64,000 bases of DNA. It comes from Octopus sinensis (taxonomy: Eukaryota). This document shows, in pieces, positions 1 to 12,899 of the stretch (the stretch's first letter is position 1; each line of letters begins with the position of its first letter). The DNA is taken from contig NC_043014.1 of NCBI RefSeq assembly GCF_006345805.1, positions 11,346,001 to 11,410,000 on the forward strand, read 5' to 3'. Position numbers and translations under genes: made by a program. The notes below the pieces were generated by a model. That model was given only the letters and a program-made list of their open reading frames with translations. It searched no databases and had not been told where the DNA came from.

Positions 1-526
1 GAAAACTAAGAATAAAAACAACTACAACAACAACAGCAACAACAATTATCTACAACAATTGTCCGCACACAAAGATGAAAGACAAACTTGACCTCGGCGG
101 GATTCGAACTCAAAATGTTAACAACAACCGGAACGATTACCACTCGGCCAGGCATTCTGTCCAGCAGTAATACGATTCTTCGCTGCGCAAAACAGTTATA
201 CGCACGTACAGGTATACGTGTATGAACACGTATACAAATGGACAGACACGGTTCCACATGTACACATGTGTACAAAGACACCAACCTTTATACAAAATAC
301 ATCCTTTATACAAAATACATCTTTTTGTGGCTGATGAGAGAAAGCTGGTCTTGTGCAGTTGGCCGGTAGTTGAGGTCGTCTGACATTTTATCGGGAGACG
401 GAAATTGTGTTGCATTTTATTTCTCACTGTTCGTAGTCTACGACAGTAGTTCTCAACCATTTCTTGACCTCTGGACCCCTTTGATTGCTACTCTGTCCAG
501 GCGAACCCCCAAAGCCGTTCGATGTT

Positions 527-931
527 TACTCTTTTACTTGTTTCAGTCATTTGACTGTGGCCATGCTGCTGCACCGCCTTTAGTCGAGCAAATCAACTCC
601 AGAATTTATTCTTTGTAAGTCAAGTACTTATTCTATTGGTCACTTTTTGCCGAACTGCTAAAGTTATGGGGACGTAAACACACCAGCATCGGTTGTCAAG
701 CGATGTTGGGGTGGGGGACAAACACAGACACACAAAGACACACACATGTATAAACATATACATATATACGACGGGCTTCTTTCAGTTTCCGTCTACCAAA
801 TCCACTTAAAAGGCTTTGGTCGACCCATGGCTATAATAGAAGACACTTGCCTAAGCTGCCACGCTGTGGGACTGAACCCGGAACCATGTGGTTAGTAAGC
901 AAGCTACTTACCACACAACCACTCCTGCGCC
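527..931 (-). mobile_element. tRNA-derived SINE, family A, full length
   Basis: Minus strand begins GGCGCAGGAGTGGTTGTGTGGTAAG (A-box-like), then GGTTCAGTCCC (B-box-like), a body with an internal (TA)/(CA) tract, and an AAAAGAGTA-type tail. About 20 related copies occur in the window. Confidence 0.9.
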
Positions 932-934
932 TAT

Positions 935-1325
935 AAGTCTCCTGATAAAACTAACATAACTCCTTTCATAGATTTATTGTTGCCTCTGATTTCTGTAAGG
1001 TCGTACCAAGAGCTTCCATTACACCTCTATGCGACATGGTGCATTCATCCCAAATGATAAGGAGGCATTGGCACAACACTTCTCGTGAACCTGAATGTTT
1101 CCCATGTTACAAAGTGGGCTGTCACTTGTGACCAGGTTTAGTGGTAATTTAAAAGCAGAATGAGCCGTTCGTCCTCTTGGGAAAATGGTGGCAGCAAAGC
1201 CAGACAATGGCACAGCAACAGCAATTCTTTTTTGTTACCTTACCTTTGAGAGAAGCAATGTTGTAAATGTTTTACCTGTGCCACCAGGAGCATCAAAAAA
1301 GAAAATTCCACTGCATTTTTTCTGG
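935..1325 (-). pseudogene. Helitron RepHel PIF1-type helicase fragment with frameshifts and a stop
   Basis: Minus-strand translation across frames: FFDAPGGTGKTF (motif I), IAVAVPLSGFAATIFPRGRTAHSAFKLPLNL (Ia/Ib), LIIWDECTMSHRGVMEALGTTL (motif II), MKGVMLVLSGD (motif III). It is cut by the SINE at 931. Confidence 0.88.
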
Positions 1326-1691
1326 CAATTGTGGAATGCCACACTCACACACATACACATACATACATACATACATACATACTACATACATACATACATA
1401 CATACATACATACATACATACATACATACAGTATCAAACATCAGATGAAATGGACTTGTGTGTGAGTAATAGAGAGAGGGGGAGAAATACATACATAAAT
1501 AGACATACATCTTTCTTGTATGTATGTGTGCGTGTGTGTGTGAGAGAAAAAGAGAGAGAGAACCACTTAGACATCACTGTCTGTCATACACACAGAGACA
1601 AAAAGATTATACATATGTATTTAGGTATGTACGTATACATGACAACACACCCGTTCACTCACATACACACGCACACACACACATAAATGTA

Positions 1692-1899
1692 TACTCTTTT
1701 ACTTGTGTCAGTCATTTTGACTGCGGCCATGCTGGAGCACCGCCTTTAGTCAAGCAATTCGACCCCGGGACTTATTCTTTGTAAGCCTAGTACTTATTCT
1801 ATCGGTCTCTTTTGCCGAACCGCTAAGTGACGGGGACATAAACACACCAGCATCGGTTGTCAAGCGATGTTGGGGGGACAAACACAGACACACAAACAT

Positions 1900-1964
<65 letters not shown>

Positions 1965-2127
1965 TACGACGGGCTTCTTTCAGATTCCATCAACCAAATC
2001 CACTCACAAGGCTTTGGTCGGCCCGAGGCTACAGTAGAAGACACTTGCCCAAGATGCCACCCAGTGGGATTGAATCCGGAACCATGTGGTTGGTAAACAA
2101 GCTACTTACCACACAGCCACTCCTGCG
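1692..2127 (-). mobile_element. SINE family A, full length
   Basis: Same head, body and tail as 527-931, with an expanded internal (TA)n at ~1910-1965. Confidence 0.9.
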
Positions 2128-2688
2128 ATAAACGTACATACAAAAACACACGTGTGCGTGTGTGACTGACTACAAATACATAGTGCTGAAGAGACGGCGT
2201 GCAAAATTAAAATTAAAATGTTTTAGGGAAATTAACGAAGTATGCGAGTTCAGAACGAAATGAAACCTGGAAGGAAAAGGAGACAGAGACAGAGAGAGAG
2301 AGAGAGAGAGAAAAAAAAATATTGCAAACAATGTATGAGATGAACATGGAATGAAAAAAGCACGTTAAAAAGTGTCTTGTACCGAATATTCAAATTTGTG
2401 AACTTCGTACATATTTCTTTCAGTAATTCATCGTAGTTGTTTACAAGTAACGAACATTAAAATAGAGATTGAGAAACTTCGCCGTCTTCTCGTCAATACC
2501 GGAAGTTGTCATTAAGAAACCTTCTGAAAGAAGTGAATCATAAATATAAATCAATATCTTGTATCTTTAATTTTAAAAAATCAATGAAGACCCTATTATA
2601 TGTCCGACGTCAAATTATTCATGCATCACAAGTATGGAAGTAATTGATGAAGCCGTTTTCACTTGAAAAGCGAATACACACACATTTC

Positions 2689-2741
<53 letters not shown>

Positions 2742-3465
2742 TACGACGGGCTTCTTTCAGATTCCATCAACCAAATCCACTCACAAGGCTTTGGTCGGCC
2801 CGAGGCTACAGTAGAAGACACTTGCCCAAGATGCCACCCAGTGGGATTGAATCCGGAACCATGTGGTTGGTAAACAAGCTACTTACCACACAGCCACTCC
2901 TGCGATAAACGTACATACAAAAACACACGTGTGCGTGTGTGACTGACTACAAATACATAGTGCTGAAGAGACGGCGTGCAAAATTAAAATTAAAATGTTT
3001 TAGGGAAATTAACGAAGTATGCGAGTTCAGAACGAAATGAAACCTGGAAGGAAAAGGAGACAGAGACAGAGAGAGAGAGAGAGAGAGAAAAAAAAATATT
3101 GCAAACAATGTATGAGATGAACATGGAATGAAAAAAGCACGTTAAAAAGTGTCTTGTACCGAATATTCAAATTTGTGAACTCGTACATATTTCTTTCAGT
3201 AATTCATCGTAGTTGTTTACAAGTAACGAACATTAAAATAGAGATTGAGAAACTTCGCCGTCTTCTCGTCAATACCGGAAGTTGTCATTAAGAAACCTTC
3301 TGAAAGAAGTGAATCATAAATATAAATCAATATCTTGTATCTTTAATTTTAAAAAATCAAATGAAGACCCTATTATATGTCCGACGTCAAATTATTCATG
3401 CATCACAAGTATGGAAGTAATTGATGAAGCCGTTTTCACTTGAAAAGCGAATACACACACATTTC

Positions 3466-3506
<41 letters not shown>
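1911..3506. repeat. Near-identical tandem duplication, period ~777 bp, with breakpoints in (TA)n
   Basis: 1966-2692 matches 2743-3469 apart from single-base indels (aacttcgtac/aactcgtac; tcaatgaag/tcaaatgaag). (TA)n tracts lie at all three junctions. Confidence 0.92.
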
Positions 3507-3510
<4 letters not shown>

Positions 3511-3515
3511 CTGGT

Positions 3516-4103
3516 TTGCTTGCTCGACACCGCTCAACTCATGGACACATGCAACGATTTCTTTACCGAATCGTTACTGGCGACGAAAAATGGTGCCTGC
3601 AGATCAATATGAAGCAGCGTAAAGAATGGCTTAGCGCCGATAAACAAGCGACACCGCGCGTGAAACAAGATCTTCATCCGCGTAAAACGATGTTGCGCGT
3701 ATGGTGGGACTGGGAAGGGATTACCCATTACGAATTGCTTGAACGAAACCAAACGGTCAATGCGGAACTCTATGTTCAACAGATGGAGCGATTCAACACG
3801 GTTATTCAAGAGAAAAGACCTAATCGGCAGCATGGAGTTCTGCTGTACGACAACGCCCGCCCTCATATTGCCAATATGACCAAGGAAGCCATTCAAACGC
3901 ATGGCTGGGAAGTGCTGCCACATCCGCCGTACTCTCCTGATTTGGCACCAACATATTTCCACCTCTTTCGATCTCTTTCAAATGCTATGCGCGGAGTTTC
4001 GTTCAATACTGATGCAGAATTGAGAGCTTGGTTGGATCAATTTTTCGAATCGAAATCGGGTGATTTCTACCAGCTAGGTATTGAAAATCTTGTTGAACGT
4101 TGA
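3516..4103 (+). pseudogene. mariner DD34D transposase, catalytic-domain remnant
   Basis: Motifs IVTGDEKW, LHPRKTML-VWWD, YDNARPH and HPPYSPDLAP. The third catalytic Asp (34 residues after the second) is Tyr, the usual ERW is ER-stop, and the N-terminal HTH is absent. Confidence 0.93.
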
Positions 4104-4520
4104 GAAGAACCACTATTAAATAATTCAATAAAGAAAGATGTTATTCACACCATATAGAAAACATATACTATAAAAAAATCCTTATTTTAAAAATCAATAA
4201 AGCACAATAAATAATAAAATATTTAATATTATTAATAAGTTTCAAAACATATTCTTTTCCAGATGGTATAGGAATATTCTTCAAAGATGAATTCCAAAAT
4301 AGCGGTTCTATCTTACCTGTAAGTTCCATAACTAACGAAATTGTGAGTTAAATACAATCGATAAACGTTAGTTATAAATATAAATAGAAATATTATAATA
4401 ATAATAGTAGGGAATATAATTCCAAAACTTACAGGGAAAAATTCAATTTAACAATTTTAAATCAAATTTCACGATATATAATATATGTATATAATTTAGA
4501 GAAAAACCACTAGATATTCT

Positions 4521-4780
4521 TTGGTCATGAATGACCATGGGATTGCACTTAGAAAGTTCTCCTCCAAGACACAAGTCTGGGCAAGGTTGTTTATGGGAGA
4601 CCAGCAGTCACCCATGCATACCAGCCTCCCCTCTCCACGCCACCGATGGAAAGACAAAGGCAGATAGAGCAGAGCAATGTGAAATAAAGTGTCTTGCTCA
4701 AGAACACAAAACACAGCCCGGTCCAACGCAGTGGGACAGAATTGGAATCATGTGGTTGGGAAGCAAGCTTCTGTCACACA
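4521..4780 (-). mobile_element. SINE family B, degenerate partial copy
   Basis: Reverse complement of the body of 11318-11645 (ccatgggattgcac..agaaagtt; gtgtcttgctcaagaacac). Confidence 0.75.
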
Positions 4781-4826
4781 TGTATATATTTGTTTTTACA
4801 TCTGTAGGTCCATTCACTATATTTTA

Positions 4827-5830
4827 TTGGGTTGTCCGGAAAGTTCGTGTCGATTTATAGGCGCTTACCTTTCGACTTATTTTAGAACATGGTTGAGTCC
4901 ATAAAATAGGATTTGACTACACCTCCATTCAGAGCACAGTTTAAGCTATCTTTTCGCGGAAGAAGGTTTATGTTCCTATAACCTGTGTTAATTCTGTAGC
5001 CCTTTAAAATGGAAGATAAGAAAGTTCATTTTCGGGACTTGATGTTTTGGGAACCAGACAAAAATTGTTGCAGTTCGGCTGGGATGTGTTACCCTACCTT
5101 CAATATTCACCAGATATTGCTCCTTCGGATTTCCACTTAGGTCTCTCCAAAAATTCAGGTCTCTCCAAAATAGCCTTAATGGTAACAATTTCAATTCCTT
5201 GGATGACGGACGTAAAAAGATACCTTGATGAATTCTTTGCCATGAAACCACCTCAAGTTAAAGGAAAGATGGAGACGCATTGTACAACAAAATGGTTCAT
5301 ATTTGTTGATGGATCTTTTCGATTTGAACGGCAGTTTTTAACATAATTTCTAGGTAATTAAAGAATTTTAAACTTCGTATACTGGTAGAATGTGTTTATA
5401 AAACATCTTTTTCTTTTGCCTTTATTGAAAAAATTCTATAGTTTGTAAGATACTTGTTGTTTTTTTCTTCAATTTCTGCAATTTCAGCCAATCAGTAGTG
5501 ACGTCTATTGAGTTAAAAAGCATTCTGTGCCGTATGAATATGTCCCTAGTTTAAGAAACAGATTGGTGTTTACTTACATTTGTGAAGAAAACAAATATAT
5601 CCTTCCCCCACCCCTAATCCTAACTCTAACTAACGCTAACCCTAAAAGAGATTGAAATGCAATAGATCGATTCTAGGGTCATAATTATGGGTGACAATTT
5701 CCTATGATACCGCTAGAAAAAACTGCCGTTCAAACCGAAAAGATCCTTGTTGATTAAAAATGTAATGGCAAGTATTTATTGACCTTTTTCTTTCCTTTAA
5801 AAATCGGCACGAACTTTCCGGACAACCCAA
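4827..5830 (+). mobile_element. Internally deleted mariner element with both TIRs and TA TSD
   Basis: 30-bp TIRs TTGGGTTGTCCGGAAAGTTCGTG(T/C)CGATTT (4827-4856 and 5801-5830, one mismatch), flanked by TA. Residual coding MEDKKVHFRDLMFW is joined to TRQKLLQFGWDVLPYLQYSPDIAPSDFHL. Confidence 0.93.
5311..5746. mobile_element. MITE with 29-bp TIRs and 8-bp TSD (Merlin-like GG termini), nested in the mariner
   Basis: TIR GGATCTTTTCG(A/G)TTTGAACGGCAGTTTTT at both ends; TSD TTGTTGAT at 5303-5310 and 5747-5754. Confidence 0.88.
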
Positions 5831-6338
5831 TATATCGGTGAGGGTGTTTTATTCGCACCCACTCTCATACTCACATTTCTTTCTCTACAGTTACTCACTG
5901 CTTTAGCAGCTTAGTTTTGCAGACGGCGTTCAGTAAATGTTTGTTTATTTAGTTACCACGTGTTTGAACATCGTATTAACAAAGCTTCCTGTTGTTCGGA
6001 GAAGATAATTTAAAGAAAAGGAAAATGTTACTGCTTAAGAGATAGAAAAACGACGGAAAGAAAGAACCCCAGTAACAACAACAACAAAAACAACAACAAA
6101 AATACTAATAAAAAAATAATAATTCTTTGAAATTTTGGCAGAAGGCCATTACTGTTTTTCTAAAGGAGGAGTGAGACGATTAAATAAGCCTCAATGCTTA
6201 AATGGTACTTTATTTTACCGACCCGGAGAGGATAAAAGGCAAAGTCAACCTCGGTGGAATCAGAACTCAGAACGTAAAGAACCGGAAGAAATGCTGCTAA
6301 GCATATTGTCCGACATTCTAATGATTCTGCCAGGTTGA

Positions 6339-6868
6339 TGTCAGGTGGTGGCTCACGTGGCTCCTGATCGTAACTGATTGGAAGTGTTATTACGTGCATG
6401 TTTATCTTGGTATAAAAGGTGGGCTACAGCAAATATTCTGCTCAATACCACAGATTTGCTTGTCAGTTGTTTGACCTTAATCAGTTGAACATGTCCCTTA
6501 GTGGCTGACGATATGTGCATCTCTGATCACGAGCAGAAGTAGTGGGGGAGCATCATAGCCATGTGTTGAGAGGAATTCTTTGAGGTTTGGATTACTCGCC
6601 TCTGGAAACATCGGTGTTTCGTTCAACATCCTTAAACAACCCTTATTCGGGGACCTTTTGAGCAGGATGAGTTACTCGACCAGAAGAAAATTCTAACCTG
6701 CAAGGTCATGCGCTGTTTACCTTGATATGAGATCACCATGTCACACACATATGGTTGTGATACATGTGCCTAGTGTACCCTTATCAGATGGGTAGTTATG
6801 ACGGGTATACTGGGCTTCGTATATTTTACCCCAGTGTCACTTTGATGGCATGCACTGCTTTCTCACTC

Positions 6869-6925
<57 letters not shown>
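6339..6925 (+). mobile_element. Unclassified retroposon 3' segment ending in an (AAT)n tail
   Basis: A ~530-bp complex sequence ends abruptly in (AAT)n. There is no second copy in the window, so the call rests on structure only. Confidence 0.45.
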
Positions 6926-6927
6926 TT

Positions 6928-7118
6928 TATAAGTACCCAATAATATTGGTGTATTGCAAAAATCGGCAAAACTCGGCATTACTCGGACCTGCACGTTTAT
7001 TGCCTAGAGTACTGTCTGTTTGAGATTCTTGTGACTTGACAAACTGTATAAATCCCCGGTGCACACAATATCTCCAATCTACAATACCACAATATCGGAT
7101 ATTGTGCAACGTGATCAA
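6928..7118 (+). mobile_element. 3' end of an R4/Dong-type non-LTR retrotransposon (ORF C-terminus and 3' UTR)
   Basis: Encodes a degenerate IGVLQKSA-LLGPARLLPRVL, like the LQKSALLGTARILRKVL terminus of RLE-clade elements. It lies between (TAA)n and (AAC)n(AAT)n. Confidence 0.7.
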
Positions 7119-7119
7119 T

Positions 7120-7195
<76 letters not shown>

Positions 7196-7393
7196 GTTTT
7201 AAATTTCGCCACAAGAGTAGCCATTTTGGGGGAGGGAATGATTCGATTACATCGACCTCAATGTTTCACTGGTACTTGTTTAATCGACCCTGAAAGGATG
7301 AAACGTAAAGTCGACCTCGGCGGAATTTGAACTCAGAACGTAAAGACGGACAAAATACCGCTAAGCATTGTGTGTGTGTGTGTGTGTCTGTGT

Positions 7394-7530
7394 GAGATAT
7401 TGTGTGCACCGGGGATTTGTAGTCTGTCAAGTCGCAACAATCTCAAACAGACTACTCTAGGCAATAAGCGTGCAGGTCCGAGTAATGGCGATTTTTGCAA
7501 TTCACCAAAGATTGTTGGGTACTTATAAAG
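7394..7530 (-). mobile_element. Second R4/Dong-type 3' fragment, inverted relative to 6928-7075
   Basis: ORF-track peptide YKYPTIFGELQKSPLLGPARLLPRVV; reverse-complement similarity to 6928-7075. Confidence 0.7.
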
Positions 7531-7724
7531 CATCCTCTAATTATTATCATTACTATTGGGTGAGAGAGCAGTGTGGGCTAGTTAAATACCAAATCCACTC
7601 ACAAGGCTTTGGTCGGCCCGAGGCTATAGTAGAAGACACTCGCCCAAGGTGCCATGCAGTGGAACTGAACCTGGAACCATGTGGTTGGTAAGCAAACAAC
7701 TTACCACACATCCACTCCAACGCC

Positions 7725-7801
<77 letters not shown>

Positions 7802-7836
7802 ATTATATATATATATATATATAATATATATATATA

Positions 7837-7874
<38 letters not shown>

Positions 7875-9468
7875 GAAAATCATACAGAGAAGAAATGCTT
7901 GAATGTTGCGAGGGGGAAGAAGAGGAGGAGAAGGGAGGAGGAGAAGGGAGGAGGAGGAGGAGGAGGATGTTTGGAACATGTAACAGCACAAAGCAAACTA
8001 TTCCAAACTAACGACTACCACTGTAACAAAAAAGAAAAAATAATAATAAAACGCGAACGAAAGATGAAGGAAAGACGCTGCCTTTGATGTAGACAAATTT
8101 TCTTTCTTTCATTCTTGGTAAATGAATTGATGGAATTGAGTGAGGGGAAAAAGGAAGCTTATCACAGTTTTAATATCTTCACTTATTTTCTGCTTCGAAA
8201 ACCAAAAGAAATTCGTTTATGTTTTCGGAACCAGGCTCCCATTCCATCTGAAGCTGTTGTAGCACAGCACAGTTCTGGAGGGAAAAAAGCAAAAATATGC
8301 AATCAACTGTAAATTGACACAAATACATCGGTCGTAGGCGTTTTATAAGAAATATATTGAAAAAGAAAGCGCTCCAAAAAAAGCCGACCGGATTCGCTTT
8401 ACGAATTAACCAGCAAATTAGCAGCAGATGGAGATTAAAAGACTTACAAACTGTTCTCTAACGAGGAAACAAGAGCAACAAAGAACCAGTTAGGATTGGC
8501 TATGGTTTCTTAATGAATAATTACGCAGTATAGTAAATACATATCGCTTTAAAACTATTAAAAGATAGTTATGTGAGACAGACATATGCGACTGACTTTT
8601 CAGATCATATTTTTGTAGTTATTGTTCAAAAAACATTTCTCCGTCTTTCTTCTATTATTTAGTCTTTCACGGATACTTGCACCTCCAGCGTGTACTCAGT
8701 GTGTGTTTTTTTTTCTTTTTCCTTTTTTGTTTTTTTGGGGGGTTTTTTTGCATACTTTCTTCTCTGGAAATATGTCTTTTGTGTTTATATAAGCATAAAT
8801 TTAGTGCTGTGACTCTGCAGTTCTTGCACTATGGAGAACTAATGACGTGTGTGTATGTATGTATGTATGTATGTATGTATGTATGTATGTATGTATGTAT
8901 TATGTATGTATTATGTATGCATGTATGTATGTATGTATGTATGTATGTAAGTGTGTGTGTGTAAGTATGTCTGTCTGTGTATGTATATATTTATGTATGC
9001 ATGTAAATGTGTCTGTGTAAGTATGTGTGTCTGTGTATGTATGTATGTATGCTGTGACTGCAATCTTTGCACTATAGAGAACTAATGACATGTATGTATG
9101 TATGTATGTATGTATATAAGTGTGCCTGTATAAGTATGTGTGTCTACGTATGTATGTATGTGTGTGTCATATATGTATGTATGTATGTCTCTTCTATAAA
9201 TATATAGAAATACATAAATGTACTTGCGAGGTTGTATGTCCGCATTAAAATCAATGAGGATATTAAGATATGCGGATAGTGAATGTATAGCGGTAAGGCA
9301 AATAGATGAGGATTTTTGAGCAGGTCCAAAGTCCGACGGCCGTTTCGAGATTCTTTTTAAAGTCACTTTATACTAATTTTCTCATCTACTTGGATTACCA
9401 CTATACATTCACTATCCGCATATTTTAATATCCTTATTGATTTTAATACGAACATATAACCTCGCAAG

Positions 9469-9881
9469 TACTCTTTTACTCTTTTACTTGTTTCAGTCAT
9501 TTGACTGCGGCCATGCTGGAGCACCGCCTTTAATCGAGCAACTCGACCCCGGGACTTATTCTTTTTGTAAGCCCAGTACTTATTCTATCGGTCTCTCTTG
9601 CCGAACCGCTAAGTTACGGAGACATAAACACACCAGCATCGGTTATCAAGCAATGCTAGGGGGACAAACACAGACACACAAACAAACACACATACATATA
9701 TATATATATACATATATACGACAGGCTTCTTTCAGTTTCCGTCTACCAAATCCACTCACAAGACATTGGTCGGCACGGGACTATAGCAGAAGACACTTGC
9801 CCAAGATGCCACGCAGTGGGACTGAACCCGGAACCATGTGGTTAGTTAGCAAGCTACTTACCACACAGCCACTCCTGCGCC
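9469..9881 (-). mobile_element. SINE family A, full length
   Basis: Complete head to tail, near consensus. Confidence 0.9.
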
Positions 9882-10128
9882 TATATTTATATATTTTTAT
9901 GTATTTATATATTTATATATTTATAAATCTATATACTATATTATGCGTATACGAATGCCCCTATGTATGCTGTGGAGTATTCCGACGCTTTGAAATATAT
10001 TGAGTGAATATGAACACTGACCTTTGAAATTTGTTCTCTCTTTTTTGGTTTTATATTCCTGGGGCTCTATTAGAGCGATAATTAGTTGTGCTGTATAAGG
10101 AGATACTTATCTCGTTTATTTCTTCACT

Positions 10129-10166
<38 letters not shown>

Positions 10167-10184
10167 TTATATATATATATATAT

Positions 10185-10312
<128 letters not shown>

Positions 10313-10737
10313 GTGTGTGTGCATATATTTCGTAGAGTAGCTGCAAATGCCTGTAATTGCATGTAAGTGTATCTTCATGCATGCAAAACCCATCTGGGTG
10401 AATTTAAAACTGAAAATACTAAAAGAGCAGTCATTCTCTAAAAGACCAAATTAAACATGATATGTCAGTTTAAACGACATTAATGTATTATTCGTGTTTT
10501 TAGCTTAAGTAAACAATTATGTGGCATTTTACTCCAGCTTTCTTCGCCTATTTATATTTCAGCAATATTGCTCATTGCACCATTTTGTATGTCTACTCTT
10601 ACCAGAACATACGTGGATTTTGTATTCACTTAGGGATCAGGTAAAGAATCACGCCCATTCTGAATTCAAATTTGTGGGAGAAGGGGAAAAAATAAGGTTT
10701 TCAATGGCGATGAATAAGGAACAGAATATTCTTTTTT

Positions 10738-10942
10738 ATTTTTTAACTTGCTTCAGTCTTTTAATTGCCGCCATACTGGAGCACCACCCTTAGTCGAAGA
10801 AATCAATCCCCGGAAACTTATTCTTTGCAAGTCTAGTATTTATTGTATCGAACTCTTTTGCCGAACCGCTTATGTTACGGGGACGTAAACACATCAACAT
10901 CGGTTATCAAGCGATGTTGTGGGGACAAACACAGACACACAA

Positions 10943-10975
<33 letters not shown>

Positions 10976-11298
10976 CGTATACATATATACGACGGGCTTC
11001 TTTCAGTTTCCGTCTACCAAATCCACTCTTTTGCCGAACCGCTTAGGTTACAGGGATGTAAAAACACCAACACCGGTTGTTAAGGGGTGGTGAATGACAA
11101 ATACACACGCGCGTGCACACACAAATAAATACAGACGACGAGCTTCTTTCAGTTTCCGTCTACCAAATCCACTCACAAGGCTTTGGTCGGCCCGAGGCTA
11201 TAATAGAAGACACTTGACCAAGGTGCCTAGCAGTGGGACTGAATCCGGAGCCATGTGGTTGGTAAGCAAGCTTCTTCTCACACAGCCACTCCTGCTCC
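10738..11298 (-). mobile_element. SINE family A, composite copy with internal duplication
   Basis: The body restarts at ~11025 (..aatccACTCttttgccgaaccgct..), so the middle segment occurs twice. Confidence 0.8.
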
Positions 11299-11317
11299 TA
11301 TATATATATATTAACTA

Positions 11318-11645
11318 ATGGCTCAGTGGTTAGAGCGTCGAGCTTACGATCGTGAGGTTGTGAGCTCGAATCCCGGACCGGGCTGCGTGTTGTGTTCTTG
11401 AGCAAGGCACTTTATTTCACGTTGCTCCAGTTCACTCAGCTGTAGAAATGAGTTGCGATGTCACAGGTGCCAAGCTGTATCTGCTGTTGCCTTTCCCTTG
11501 GATAGCACTGGTGGCGTGGAGAGGGGAGGCTGGTATGCATGGGCGACTGCTGGTCTTCTATAAACAACCTCGCCCGGACTTGTGTCTAGGAGGGTAACTT
11601 TCTAGGTGCAATCCCATGGTCTGTGTCGTGACCGAAGGGGGTCTC
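11318..11645 (+). mobile_element. tRNA-derived SINE, family B
   Basis: A box TGGCTCAGTGG and B-box-like GCTCGAATCCC, followed by GTGTTGTGTTCTTGAGCAAGGCACTTT. A near-complete inverse copy lies at 27690-28029. Confidence 0.88.
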
Positions 11646-12685
11646 CGAATTTTGATCTCAGTATATATTTTAGTTCAAGTTCTCATACCCATCACTGTAA
11701 ATATTTCATCTTACTACTTTAGCTTTCGAGTTACCACACAGCCATTTATCAATTACCAGATGATCCCAGACTTTTTCCCTTCTAAGTGCAGGCATGGCTG
11801 GGTGGAAAGAAGTTTTTCTTCCCAACCACTGAACCCAGAACCATGTTATTTGGGAAACAAGTTTCTCACAACGAAACCAAGCCTACGCCTAACATTTTAC
11901 TGATAAGGATCAAAGCCAACAATTTTTTTCTTGTTTATATTCGCCATTAAACGTACCATGATTAACATCATACACATCTTCATATATCCATGATGTGAGA
12001 TATATTTTAAGATATCTCAGAGTAAAATTTTAATTCTGTGTAAGGCGATGCTTGGAAACAATGCTTTGTTTTTACTGTAAATCCCTTTAAGTGCACCAGT
12101 TAGTGTATATTAACAGCAAATGGCTATCAAGAGAATACGTTTCGGCACCTGCTCTTGTAACAGCGTAAAAAATGTGGTGGTATTGTTTTCATAGGGCCTA
12201 GAGACTGCTGACTTTGTTCATGGCGTAATACAATTGGATATAAGGTTATTTTCAATGCAAACAGACTGGCTTTTAAAGGTAGAAAACTACAACAGCGTTA
12301 TAGTTAAGGATTAAATGTCCGTACAATCTTAACAGAATTTATAAATAACAAAGAATTAGGTTTTTGTGGTTCTCTCAGAGTTTGTTGATGGTTTCCATGT
12401 TTACTTTGTATTCGTGATATATCTCAGAAGTTTATATAGCGATCTGTGCTGGAACATTCGTTGCCACGCTTCGTAATGTGCGGGTCGAGTTTAAAACGCG
12501 CACGCGCGCGCACACACACACACACACAAAACATATGCACATGAGTAAATATACATACATATATGTGTGTGTGTGTGTGTGTTCGTGTGTGTATATTCAT
12601 ATATATATATATACACACACACAATTTTTCAAAGGTTTCTCTATGAAATAAGTTTATATACACATACACGCACTAATATATGTGT

Positions 12686-12745
<60 letters not shown>

Positions 12746-12899
12746 TTGTATGAGTGTATATACGTATTTATGTATGTATGTATGTATGTATGTATATCTC
12801 TTCTATCTTTTAATTATTAGAAAGCTTCCACTGAGGAGGTGGCCGATTTCCAACAAACATACGAGGCTCGATTTCTGGGATGTAGTTAGCACAGACAAA

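Noticed and set aside
3516-4103. Active or domesticated transposase
   Set aside because: The third catalytic Asp is lost, there is a premature stop, the DNA-binding domain is absent, and no TIRs were found.
9437-10003. 188-aa ORF and recurring peptides such as [21 protein letters not shown] and [17 protein letters not shown]
   Set aside because: Antisense read-through of SINE family A. The recurrence reflects SINE copy number, not a protein family.
11318-11390. tRNA-like heads considered as tRNA genes
   Set aside because: They continue into SINE bodies, several have TSDs, and none closes an acceptor stem.
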